Source of the DNA: Bdellovibrionales bacterium
GTDB taxonomy: Bacteria; Patescibacteriota; JACMRA01
Length of the DNA stretch: 64,000 bases
Assembly (NCBI GenBank): GCA_044378055.1
Contig: JBILXY010000005.1
Location: 4,525-68,524 of the forward strand
Reading direction: 5' to 3'
This document shows, in pieces, positions 55,839 through 64,000 of the stretch (its first letter is position 1; the number at the start of each line of letters is the position of its first letter). Both the position numbers and the translations under genes were made by a program. The notes under the pieces are model-generated. The model was not told where the DNA came from and searched no databases. It saw nothing but the letters and a program-made list of their open reading frames with translations.

Positions 55839-56209
55839 TTAGACTTTTGTATTTACAACTTTAACATAGAAAATTGCTGAAAATACTGTTCCAAATATTG
55901 GCGGAATTATTAGTTGTATTGGATACGGATACCCATTCCATGTTAATGAAATAAAAACTAAAACCGACCCAAAAGTGTAAATTCCGATTGTAACTAAAGC
56001 CACGGGAATACTCCAATTTCTTTTTTTCCACAGGCCAAAGGAGGTGATAATCGAGATTGGGCCAGTAATTATCAGGTCTGCTGTGGGTAGTAATATTTTG
56101 TCTAAACTATTTTGTGAAAATAACCAACCAGTTCCCCAGGTTGATAAACTGCCAACAATCGCAAAAATTCCTGTGAGCAGAAAAAACCAAGCAAAATTAT
56201 AAATTTCAT
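55839..56209 (-). pseudogene. Membrane protein gene (about 123 codons) interrupted by a 1-nt frameshift in a T6 run
   Basis: ATG at 56209 gives MKFIILLGFF. After the T-run (plus-strand A6 at 56181-56186) the only long open frame is +1: ...LLTGIFAIVGSLSTWGTGWLF...IIPPIFGTVFSAIFYVKVVNTKV*. The total of 371 nt is 3n-1. Confidence 0.5.
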
Positions 56210-56507
56210 CTGTATTAGTTGATTTTTTAAACAGAAACTGAGTATTTCGACCTCAATTGTAAGCTTTGTTTAACGGCACACAATGTCAACTGAATTTAGT
56301 TATTGGCATTACACTTTTGTAAAAAAATTTACCCTTTCATTTTTACCAACTAAATTTTTTACTTTTGCAAAGTTTTTTAAAATTAGAGAGTTTTCTTTCT
56401 AAATCGCCTAAAATTTATAATTTCAATTCTCTCTAACACAATAACCTAAATTTACCCTTAACTTCATTCTTAGCAAGGAAACACCCCGTCTTCGCTACGC
56501 GAATCCA

Positions 56508-56521
56508 CCCCTCAAGAGGGG
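56508..56521. repeat. CCCCT-N4-AGGGG hairpin followed by AATTT
   Basis: CCCCTCAAGAGGGG-AATTTA, preceded by TCGCTACGCGA. A partial complement TTGAGGGTG lies about 85 nt downstream. Confidence 0.8.
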
Positions 56522-56670
56522 AATTTATTGGTCGTGTATTTGTGTATCACAACGGCGTTGAATCTTACTACGCTTCTAGAGGTTTTCGTGGTGGGTTGAG
56601 GGTGTAGCCTACTACAGTTAATTTATTGACAATTGTATTATTTTGAGGGTTTTTTAATAAAATTAGCAAT

Positions 56671-57495
56671 ATGAATAAATTTATAAAAAAGAACCAGTTA
56701 CTTTTTATTTCACTTTTAGGAGCTTCTATAATTATTGGTTTAGGTTTTTTTATTTTCTTTGCTCTTGGTTATTCTACCAACAACTGTAAAAATGCAAAAA
56801 CAGAGATTGCTTTAAATACCAAAATATTTAATAAATCAGACAAAAATCTATTTGTAATTGCGGAAGGTAATGGAGAAATAGTAAAGGATTATTTATATTA
56901 TGCAAAGGGCTATAATTACGATAAATGTGAAGTTTATACTTCCACAAAGCTAAATTTCTATTATAATTTAAATAACCAAACTCAGTTAATTTACACTTCT
57001 GATGCTACATTATCAAAAATTATAAATAGTGATAAAAACCTAAATATTAATTTAACAGAAGAATTACAAGAATTGATTAATGTATTATTAGTAAATACTT
57101 TTGATTCTAACACTATATTAATATCAGGTCTTGATATTATAAGAACATACTCTCTTTCAAATTTAAATCAGGATCGTATTGAAGTATTAATTGCCAGTGG
57201 CGCAGAAAAAAAATGGTATCAACTGAATATTCATTCAAACAAAAACTTACAAGAGTTAAATAAAATTTTAAAAATAGGTGATGGAAATAATGATTTTATT
57301 GCAGACTATGGTGATAAAGCTAATGGAGTTTTGAATGTCCAAGATTTAAAATGTGAAGGTGGTAAATGCACTATGAACGCAAATATAAGAATTACAACAG
57401 GGTCTGATAGAAAAACTATATATAAAAAAGCAGCAATTGATTTGAGCCTGGAAAATCAGGAAGTAATTGTAACTGGAGGAAAAGAAATTAACTAA
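56671..57495 (+). CDS. Hypothetical membrane-anchored protein (274 aa)
   Basis: N-terminal TM helix (LLFISLLGASIIIGLGFFIFFALG) and an Asn/Lys-rich ectodomain. Confidence 0.45.
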   Translation: MNKFIKKNQLLFISLLGASIIIGLGFFIFFALGYSTNNCKNAKTEIALNTKIFNKSDKNLFVIAEGNGEIVKDYLYYAKGYNYDKCEVYTSTKLNFYYNLNNQTQLIYTSDATLSKIINSDKNLNINLTEELQELINVLLVNTFDSNTILISGLDIIRTYSLSNLNQDRIEVLIASGAEKKWYQLNIHSNKNLQELNKILKIGDGNNDFIADYGDKANGVLNVQDLKCEGGKCTMNANIRITTGSDRKTIYKKAAIDLSLENQEVIVTGGKEIN

Positions 57496-57518
57496 CTAAC
57501 TAAAAATATTTATTAATT

Positions 57519-57869
57519 ATGATCACAGTTTACGGAATTACCAACTGCACCACAGTTATAAAAGCCAGAAATTGGCTGGAAGAGAATAAAATTGAGTACA
57601 ATTTTCATGACTACAAAAAGCTTGGTATTGACGCTCAGCATTTAACAAAGTGGATTGCCAAATTTGGCTGGGACAAGGTTTTGAATATGCAAGGCCAAAT
57701 GTGGAGAAAGGCCAGCGACGAAGAAAAAACTAAAGTTGTGGATGAGAAAACTGCGATAGAATTTATGATTAAAGTTCCAACTTCAATAAAACGCCCGATT
57801 GTGGAATTGGAAAGTGGGGAGATTTTGAAGGGTTTTGAGGTGGAGGAGTGGAAAAAATTATTAAAATAG
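57519..57869 (+). CDS. ArsC/Spx-family protein (YffB-like)
   Basis: MITVYGITNCTTVIKARNWLEENKIEYNFHDYKK...IKRPIV is the ArsC-family thioredoxin-like fold signature. Confidence 0.85.
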   Translation: MITVYGITNCTTVIKARNWLEENKIEYNFHDYKKLGIDAQHLTKWIAKFGWDKVLNMQGQMWRKASDEEKTKVVDEKTAIEFMIKVPTSIKRPIVELESGEILKGFEVEEWKKLLK

Positions 57870-57968
57870 AAAATTTAAATTGACCATTATTGCTCTATTT
57901 AATGGTAATTACTTATATTAAAACATGTGTTTTAAGTATTCTTGATTATATATTGAATATGGCTATAT

Positions 57969-58247
57969 TTACTTTCCACCACTCTTTTCCCTTTTCTCTT
58001 GTCTTAAAGCATACAAATACAAGCTTTGAACTTTTTCCCTGGCCCAATCGGTTTTACGAAGGAAAGTAAGACTAGATTTTACGCTTGGATTCATTTTGAA
58101 GCAATTAATATCTACCAGATTAGAAAGTTCTCTCCAGCCATATTTTGCCTCTAAAAATTCAACAATCATTTTTAAACTTACCCCATGCAATGGGTCTTTA
58201 GCCTGAGTTTCAGCAAAATTTCTTTTTAATTGTTCTTCGGTAATCAT
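57969..58247 (-). CDS. VF530/DUF2132 family putative DNA-binding protein
   Basis: DPLHGVSLKMIVEFLEAKYGWRELSNLVDINCFKMNPSVKSSLTFLRKTDWAREKVQSLYL closely follows the DUF2132 consensus as recalled. Confidence 0.8.
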   Translation of the reverse strand: MITEEQLKRNFAETQAKDPLHGVSLKMIVEFLEAKYGWRELSNLVDINCFKMNPSVKSSLTFLRKTDWAREKVQSLYLYALRQEKREKSGGK

Positions 58248-58250
58248 ATT

Positions 58251-58790
58251 TTATAGTATTTGTTGGATTATTTTGTACTTTAGTTGAACTAGGCCAGTTT
58301 CGAACTGTTCTGTGCTAATTAAATTTAATTTATGTTTTAGTTTTTTGTCTTGGAAAAGTCTTACACCCTGACCCAGTAAGGTGGGAATAATAGAAATTAC
58401 AAGTTCATCGACTAAATTATTGCTTAAAAGGTAATTAACAATTTCTGCTCCACCATCACAAAATATGTCTTTTCCTTCAGTAGATTTCAGATTCTCAACC
58501 AGCTCTTTCAAATCTTGATTGTAAAATTCAACTTTTCCATAATTTTCTTTTTTATTCCTAGTTATAACGAAAACTTTTTGATTTGGGTAAGATAATTCAC
58601 CGGCATTTTTAATTACCCAGTCATAAGTTTTTCTGCCTAAAATTACAGTGTCCACACTATCTAAAAATTTTGAATATCCGTAATCCTGACCTTCTTTTTC
58701 AACAATAGATAAAAAACTAAGATCATCGTTTGGGCCTGCAATATAGCCATCTAACGAACTTGCTATGTAAACAATTAGTTTTCTTGGCAT
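58251..58790 (-). CDS. Dihydrofolate reductase-family protein (RibD C-terminal domain)
   Basis: KLIVYIASSLDGYIAGPNDDLSFL...VILGRKTYDW...FCDGGAEIVNYLL...DELVISIIP.LLG.G. Confidence 0.8.
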   Translation of the reverse strand: MPRKLIVYIASSLDGYIAGPNDDLSFLSIVEKEGQDYGYSKFLDSVDTVILGRKTYDWVIKNAGELSYPNQKVFVITRNKKENYGKVEFYNQDLKELVENLKSTEGKDIFCDGGAEIVNYLLSNNLVDELVISIIPTLLGQGVRLFQDKKLKHKLNLISTEQFETGLVQLKYKIIQQIL

Positions 58791-58797
58791 ATTGAAC

Positions 58798-59220
58798 TTA
58801 CTCTAAAATTTCATGATTTTCCTTCATGTATTTAATTCCTGACAGGATCATCTTTTCTAGAATTTCTAGATCAATATCGGCTAGTTTTTTTATGTGCATA
58901 CAACCACCAGACATTTTAAACTTTCCTAATTTTTTCTCCAATTCTTCTTTTCCTTCCACCTTGCCCATAATGTAGATGGCTATTGTTGAGGCTCTTGGAG
59001 TAAAGCCTGTTACAAACCAGTCGCCTTCACTGGCTTTTTGCTTGTAATGATATTTTCCAAAACCAATTATTTTACCCCAAATCACTGGCGTATTCCCAGT
59101 AACCTTTTCAAAAATTTTAAGTAATTCTAAACAATCAGGAATTACAGCAACATTTTCTTGGGTTTTAATAAACTGAATCGGAGAGATTTCGGTTGGTTGG
59201 GTTTTGTTAGTATAGGCCAT
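58798..59220 (-). CDS. DUF1801 (YdhG-like) domain protein
   Basis: VIWGKIIGFGKYHYKQKASEGDWFVTGFTPRASTIAIYIMG fits the DUF1801 pattern. Confidence 0.65.
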   Translation of the reverse strand: MAYTNKTQPTEISPIQFIKTQENVAVIPDCLELLKIFEKVTGNTPVIWGKIIGFGKYHYKQKASEGDWFVTGFTPRASTIAIYIMGKVEGKEELEKKLGKFKMSGGCMHIKKLADIDLEILEKMILSGIKYMKENHEILE

Positions 59221-59302
59221 AGAATATGGGGATATTTTTTTAATTTATTCAATTTTGTGTCAAACCTGGTTAATTACTTCAAAGCCATTCAAGTGTTTAC
59301 AG

Positions 59303-59320
59303 TTTACTATTGATAGTAAA
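59303..59320. promoter_or_regulatory. Perfect 8-2-8 inverted repeat in a divergent promoter region (operator-like)
   Basis: TTTACTAT-TG-ATAGTAAA between the divergent genes 58798-59220 (-) and 59436-60986 (+). Confidence 0.35.
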
Positions 59321-59435
59321 TACTTAACACTAAACTGTTAACCAAATTGACAGCATTATTGTTTAAATGGAGTGTGGGTGCATTTAACTTTTCATTACAA
59401 AAGATAAACTAACATTCCCACTTTGCTTCCATTCT

Positions 59436-60986
59436 ATGCTTAAAAAACTATCATCCTGGCTTCTAATAATCTTCGTTTTAGCCACATTTACCATAAATAT
59501 TGAAGTAAAAGCCGCAGCTTCTGATGATTTTGTAACAACCTGGAAAACAGACAATGCTGGTACTTCAAACTCTTCTTCAATTACCATTCCCACCCACTCT
59601 GGTTCTAGTTATAGCTACCAAGTTGATTGGAATAATGATCAGGATTTTTTAGATGCTGATGAAACAACATTAAATACTGGAAATGTTACTCATGATTTTG
59701 GGGTGGCCGGAACTTATACAATTAGAATTAAGGGGCTTTTCCCAAGAATTTATTTTGAAAATACTGGTGACGACGAAGCAAAAATTATTAGAGTTGATCA
59801 ATGGGGAACAAATCCTTGGACTAGCATGGAATTGGCTTTTACAGGTACACCTAATTTAAGAATTACTGCCACTGACACGCCTAATTTATCTGGGGTTACA
59901 AGTTTATGGGGAATGTTTGCAGGTTCAGGCATAACTACTAATACCGCCATGAGGAATTGGGATACCAGCAATGTTACTCGTATAGATTTTATGTTTAATG
60001 TAGCAGTAAATTTCAATGAAGATATTAGTGGCTGGGACACTGGAAATATTACTACCATGACTGTAGCTATAAATGGTGCTACTAGTTTCAACCAAAGTTT
60101 AGCCAATTGGGATATGAGCAGTGTTACTGATGCTACTATGTTGATTACTAATACAGCCTTAAGTGCAGATAACTATGCTAGCACTTTAAATGGTTGGAGT
60201 ACACAAGCATTACAATCTAATGTTACTTTGGGTGCAGCGCCATCAGTCTATTGTTCTAACGCAGCAAATGCAAGAGCTAATATTATTTCTAATTTTAACT
60301 GGACTATCACTGATGGTGGAGCAACACAAAATTGCGACAATGGAGATTTAGATGGGGACGGGATTGTTAATATAAACGAAGATGAAAACGGCGGAGATAG
60401 TAATGGAGATTCAATTCCAGATAAGACCCAAGCTGGAGTTATGAATGCTTACTCTCCTGTTTCACAAGTCAATTTCACCTTAATATCATCTAATTCGGAT
60501 TGTGTTTTTAGAAATGGTTTAGATGTTTATTCTGAAAATACCTTGTTACCATCATTCCAAGATAATTCTTATGATTATCCGCTTGGCTTATTATCATTTA
60601 GGCTAGAATGTACCAATCCAGGTGATAGCACAACTGTAAAAATTATTTATGATAGAGTTTATGATGTTTCAAACGCACAGTTTCGTAAAAATAAATCTGG
60701 AGTTGGTTTTATAAATATAGCGGGTGGACACACTTTTGGGGTTGAAAATATAAACGGAATTAATAGAACCACAGTAACTTACAACCTGCAAGATGGAGGG
60801 TTTAACGACGATGACGGAATAGCTAATGGATTCATTTTAGATCCTGTTGGAATTGCAAACCCACAAGCTAGTTTAGCTGCCACAGGAATGAATATTCAAA
60901 CTGTATTAACTTGGAGTATTTCCGGTTTAGTGCTTGTGTTTAGCATAGTTGCAAGTCTGTTTTTGTTCAGAACAAGGAAGAATTAG
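59436..60986 (+). CDS. Surface protein with DUF285 (BspA-type 26-residue) repeats and a LAATG cell-wall sorting signal
   Basis: Signal peptide. Repeats ...WDTSNVTRIDFMF..., ...SGWDTGNITTM... and ...LANWDMSSVTDAT.... The C-terminus has LAATG (60873-60887), then a hydrophobic helix, then RTRKN. Confidence 0.75.
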   Translation: MLKKLSSWLLIIFVLATFTINIEVKAAASDDFVTTWKTDNAGTSNSSSITIPTHSGSSYSYQVDWNNDQDFLDADETTLNTGNVTHDFGVAGTYTIRIKGLFPRIYFENTGDDEAKIIRVDQWGTNPWTSMELAFTGTPNLRITATDTPNLSGVTSLWGMFAGSGITTNTAMRNWDTSNVTRIDFMFNVAVNFNEDISGWDTGNITTMTVAINGATSFNQSLANWDMSSVTDATMLITNTALSADNYASTLNGWSTQALQSNVTLGAAPSVYCSNAANARANIISNFNWTITDGGATQNCDNGDLDGDGIVNINEDENGGDSNGDSIPDKTQAGVMNAYSPVSQVNFTLISSNSDCVFRNGLDVYSENTLLPSFQDNSYDYPLGLLSFRLECTNPGDSTTVKIIYDRVYDVSNAQFRKNKSGVGFINIAGGHTFGVENINGINRTTVTYNLQDGGFNDDDGIANGFILDPVGIANPQASLAATGMNIQTVLTWSISGLVLVFSIVASLFLFRTRKN

Positions 60987-60997
60987 AATTTAAGTTT

Positions 60998-61654
60998 ATG
61001 AAAAGTAAGTTTAAAAGTTTCATAAATATAATCAATCAGAACAAATTGTTGGTTTATAGCGCAGTATTTTTTAGTTTTTGTGTTATTTTTTATTCATCTT
61101 CCATTCTTTTTACCTTAACAAAAGGGCCAAATTCGATCCCTGAAGAAAAAGTTTCAACTACTGTGGCTGAAATAGAGAAAAACTTGAAATTAGACCTTCA
61201 AAATAACAAAAAAGATGATACAAATGTTGATGATGGATTTAAAAAATCAAATGTGAATTTGTTCATACCTAAAATTGGTTTAAACTTAGGCATTTTAAAT
61301 GGAAGTGAAAAGGTTTTAGAAGAAGGAATTTGGGATAAATATCCAGAAAGATTCTTGCAGGAGAAGTCTAATATTGTTTTATCAGGTCATCGTTTTTCTA
61401 TTGGTCTTAACCCTTTGGGCGTAGAAAGAGCCTCACCTTTATTGCACGCTGACAAGCTGGAAAAGGGAGATAGTATATACCTAATTTCTGCAACCAAAAC
61501 TGTAAATTACAAGATTGTGAATAAGTTTAAAGTAAGCAAAAATGGGCTTTGGATTATGGACAATTCAGCAGATAAAACCATGTTAACTCTGTACACCTGC
61601 GGAGAAGAAGGCGCAGATGGCGACAGGATGGTTTTCAGAGGCGAGGCAGTCTAA
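60998..61654 (+). CDS. Sortase (transpeptidase)
   Basis: N-terminal TM helix, LFIPKIGLNLGIL, catalytic LSGHR, TLYTC and a downstream R (RMVFRGE). Confidence 0.8.
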   Translation: MKSKFKSFINIINQNKLLVYSAVFFSFCVIFYSSSILFTLTKGPNSIPEEKVSTTVAEIEKNLKLDLQNNKKDDTNVDDGFKKSNVNLFIPKIGLNLGILNGSEKVLEEGIWDKYPERFLQEKSNIVLSGHRFSIGLNPLGVERASPLLHADKLEKGDSIYLISATKTVNYKIVNKFKVSKNGLWIMDNSADKTMLTLYTCGEEGADGDRMVFRGEAV

Positions 61655-61670
61655 CTTTGTATAATTAAAA

Positions 61671-62081
61671 TTACTTCCAAACACTTAAAATAGCCCCTGC
61701 TACGGTCATTATAATCAGTTGATAGCCACCATCTACAAACCAAAGTTTTACAGATCTATATTGATAAAGATAGTTAATTGCAATAGAGGCAATATTAATT
61801 AAAAATCCTATTTGGAAGCCTATTAAAGCTCCATCCAGCCAATTTTTTGGATCTAAATTTTTAAATAAAGCCGCAATAAATAAGTTGAATAAGAAAAAAC
61901 AAATAAAACTTCCACCATAAGTAACTAGCATGTTTCCTTCTGCAATTTGTTTATCTGTAAGCCCTGTTTCTTTCTGCCAAACTTTACCAAAAAGGAAGGT
62001 GTACCAAGCAGCCCCAATGCCAAAGGTGATAAAAGTGGTAATTAAAACAGCAAGCAAATTAAGATTGGTAAAGTTGAGCAT
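61671..62081 (-). CDS. DUF1761 family membrane protein
   Basis: 4 TM helices. N-terminus ...FGIGAAWYTFLFGKVWQKETGL is typical of DUF1761. Confidence 0.65.
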   Translation of the reverse strand: MLNFTNLNLLAVLITTFITFGIGAAWYTFLFGKVWQKETGLTDKQIAEGNMLVTYGGSFICFFLFNLFIAALFKNLDPKNWLDGALIGFQIGFLINIASIAINYLYQYRSVKLWFVDGGYQLIIMTVAGAILSVWK

Positions 62082-62162
62082 AGTTAAATAATTTAATGTG
62101 TTTTAGGCTTCAAATTATTAAGTATTTTTGTCAATATGTGTTTTTAGCCTGTAAAAATGACC

Positions 62163-62528
62163 TTATTTAAACCACTTTCCAGCACTTTTCCTGCGATGAG
62201 GGCAACCAGGCCAGCAACAAGGCCTTCTCTCTCCTGATCGTAAATCTTCACACAATCGCTTAAGATGTTCATCTCTTGTTTTTTGCTGTTTCACTATAGT
62301 CACCCAACAAATCCATTCATTTTTGGTAAGCGGGGTAAGTGTGTTCCATTTTTCTTTTACATCAGGGTTTGAATCGAGGGTTTTTTGTAAATCATCTGGC
62401 ATTTCATGAAGAAAACTAGGATCAACAACTACTTTTGAAACGGTTTTTATAGCAGCAATATTTTCATCCAAATCACACTGTTCTTGTTCGGTTAAAGTTT
62501 TTGCTTTGGAAGAGGGTTTTTGGATCAT
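62163..62528 (-). CDS. YdeI/OmpD-associated family protein
   Basis: W..LTPLTKNEWICWVTIVKQQKTRDEHLKR... plus the terminal RRPCCWPGCPH motif. Confidence 0.7.
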   Translation of the reverse strand: MIQKPSSKAKTLTEQEQCDLDENIAAIKTVSKVVVDPSFLHEMPDDLQKTLDSNPDVKEKWNTLTPLTKNEWICWVTIVKQQKTRDEHLKRLCEDLRSGERRPCCWPGCPHRRKSAGKWFK

Positions 62529-62594
62529 AGAATGATTTTTTGAGGTTAATTACAGCAAACTAAGAATATATAAATTAGAGAATAATTTTATTGA

Positions 62595-62930
62595 TTATCT
62601 ATTATCACCAGAGCCAACTAGGGTTTTTGATTCTTTCCTACTTAATAGCTTTTCCTGATTTATTTTTACAACATCTTCTAAAGAAATATTTAATTCATTA
62701 CAAATACAAGTTAAATAACCTAATACATCACCCAATTCTTTCGCTACTTCTTTAACATCAAAATCACCTTCCCTATATCTTCGCTTCATTTTTCCTGCAA
62801 CTTCACCAGCTTCTTCAAGTAAACCAAAAGTAACTAATTCCAAGCGATGAGTCGGGTCGGTAACTTTGTAATGAGAAGAAATTTCTTTTATAAAATCGTC
62901 GTATTCTTGGAAGGTGGTAATTTGGGGCAT
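62595..62930 (-). CDS. MazG-like nucleotide pyrophosphohydrolase
   Basis: GLLEEAGEVAGKMKRRYR...ELGDVLGYL is the EExGE...E..D pattern of MazG-type all-alpha NTP pyrophosphatases. Confidence 0.85.
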   Translation of the reverse strand: MPQITTFQEYDDFIKEISSHYKVTDPTHRLELVTFGLLEEAGEVAGKMKRRYREGDFDVKEVAKELGDVLGYLTCICNELNISLEDVVKINQEKLLSRKESKTLVGSGDNR

Positions 62931-62954
62931 ACTAATTATAATTTTAAGAAAATA

Positions 62955-63416
62955 TTATATTACACTAACCGTAACCGTACACTCGGTTTCATCTGCATTG
63001 TACATATCTAAATCATATCCAAAGGCTCGGTTTAATTCAGTTTCTGGCATGTTATTTATTTTTTTCCATTCTTCAATTAAACTATTTGGCATTTCACCTT
63101 TAACTGTAACATAAGCGTAATCTTGAGCTGGAATTGTAATTGTAGTTAGCTCAGGGTTTGTTTGAGAAGATCCTTCTTCTGTTAAATAGCCAATTAACAT
63201 ATCATAGCCTCTTTCTTCATAATTTTTTGGATTTATGTAGTTATAATAAACACAATGTAGGGTTGGATAAGCCTTATGTTGAATTGAGTCAGCCATGTTT
63301 TCCGATCGAAACTTTTTCCAAGCTTCCATAATATCTTTACCACTTTGATGGTCTTTATTGGTAGTTGAAATTTTGTAGCCGGTTACCTGAAAAGCTGGGT
63401 GTGAATATTTTTCCAT
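62955..63416 (-). CDS. GyrI-like / AraC effector-binding (Cass2-like) domain protein
   Basis: FQVTGYKISTTN...IMEAWKKF...IPAQDYAYVTVKGEMP..IEEWKKI...DLDMY fits the GyrI-like small-molecule-binding fold. Confidence 0.7.
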   Translation of the reverse strand: MEKYSHPAFQVTGYKISTTNKDHQSGKDIMEAWKKFRSENMADSIQHKAYPTLHCVYYNYINPKNYEERGYDMLIGYLTEEGSSQTNPELTTITIPAQDYAYVTVKGEMPNSLIEEWKKINNMPETELNRAFGYDLDMYNADETECTVTVSVI

Positions 63417-63452
63417 AACTGATATTTTAAATTTTTAGATATATTTTTCATC

Positions 63453-63914
63453 TTAGATAGTTGTAGATATGTCAAAATGAGTAATATCTTTTTCAATAAC
63501 ACTACTTAACTTTGTATATAAGGCGACCGCTTCCACGTCTTCGTTATCTGCTTGTACAAAAATAATCTTAGCATTTATTTCTTTTGCAACGGCTTTTAAA
63601 TTTAAAATTAATTGCGTGGCAATACCTTTTCGGCGATGCTCTTTTTCAACCGCTAAATCGTATAAATACACTTCACTTGTTTCTATTTCAATTTTACATA
63701 ACTCATAAGCTACTATTCCACCTACAACTAGATTTTGAATATCCACAGCGACTAAAATTATGCATTTGGGATCACTTAGAATAGACTCTAAGTATTCATT
63801 TGAAGGTATTTTGGAGTATGCTTCTTTTTCCGCAAAAGCTTCGGCAAAAACAAGTCTAAGCTGTTTCAATTCTTTTAAGTTTGTATTGGTTAATCTTTTA
63901 AATTTGTAAGACAT
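63453..63914 (-). CDS. GNAT acetyltransferase closely resembling aminoglycoside 3-N-acetyltransferase AAC(3)-I
   Basis: [69 protein letters not shown] parallels the recalled AAC(3)-Ia block [67 protein letters not shown]. Confidence 0.7.
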   Translation of the reverse strand: [153 protein letters not shown]

Positions 63915-64000
63915 AAAGTAAATTAATTTTTTAGAAAACTAAACTTTGCATTTTCTTCAACCTAGACTCTGCCTTTTTCGTATTCAAAAGTTGCTCTAAA

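Overview
AT-rich, gene-dense bacterial window read with the standard genetic code: long ORFs are intact and Trp is TGG. The small proteins, many DUF-type genes, an unlinked 23S rRNA and a sortase point to a reduced-genome, Patescibacteria/CPR-like organism, but that is inference only.

Housekeeping genes recognised from conserved motifs:
- rpsB (partial), rpmG, rpmI, rplT and tRNA-Lys(CUU)
- pgl, gnd, gyrB, ung, thrS, parB, nusA and recQ
- a DEAD-box helicase, an FKBP isomerase, an OmpR-type two-component pair, a LysM/M23 peptidase, and a lone 23S rRNA on the minus strand

The rest is accessory: small detoxification and repair genes, large secreted or surface proteins, a sortase with a LAATG substrate, a VapBC-like toxin-antitoxin pair and an AAC(3)-I-like acetyltransferase.

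The most unusual signal is non-coding. GC-rich multi-hairpin repeats are scattered through AT-rich intergenic DNA.
- The main family has an invariant 18-nt core, GTACCCCTGGTAAGGGGT, in 5 copies, with compensatory changes in the neighbouring stem.
- Two direct copies bracket the toxin-antitoxin cassette.
- One inverted copy encodes the N-terminus of a DUF559 (Vsr-like) endonuclease sitting directly downstream of thrS.
- A second family is a hairpin followed by CTACGG, and a general CCCCT-N4-AGGGG module also recurs.

Other points worth a second look:
- a 23S expansion segment of about 130 nt, and an 18-bp processing stem flanking the 23S
- a membrane gene broken by a 1-nt homopolymer frameshift
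- a secreted Cys/Trp-rich protein followed by several tiny membrane proteins

All functional calls come from motif recognition by eye. No database search was run.
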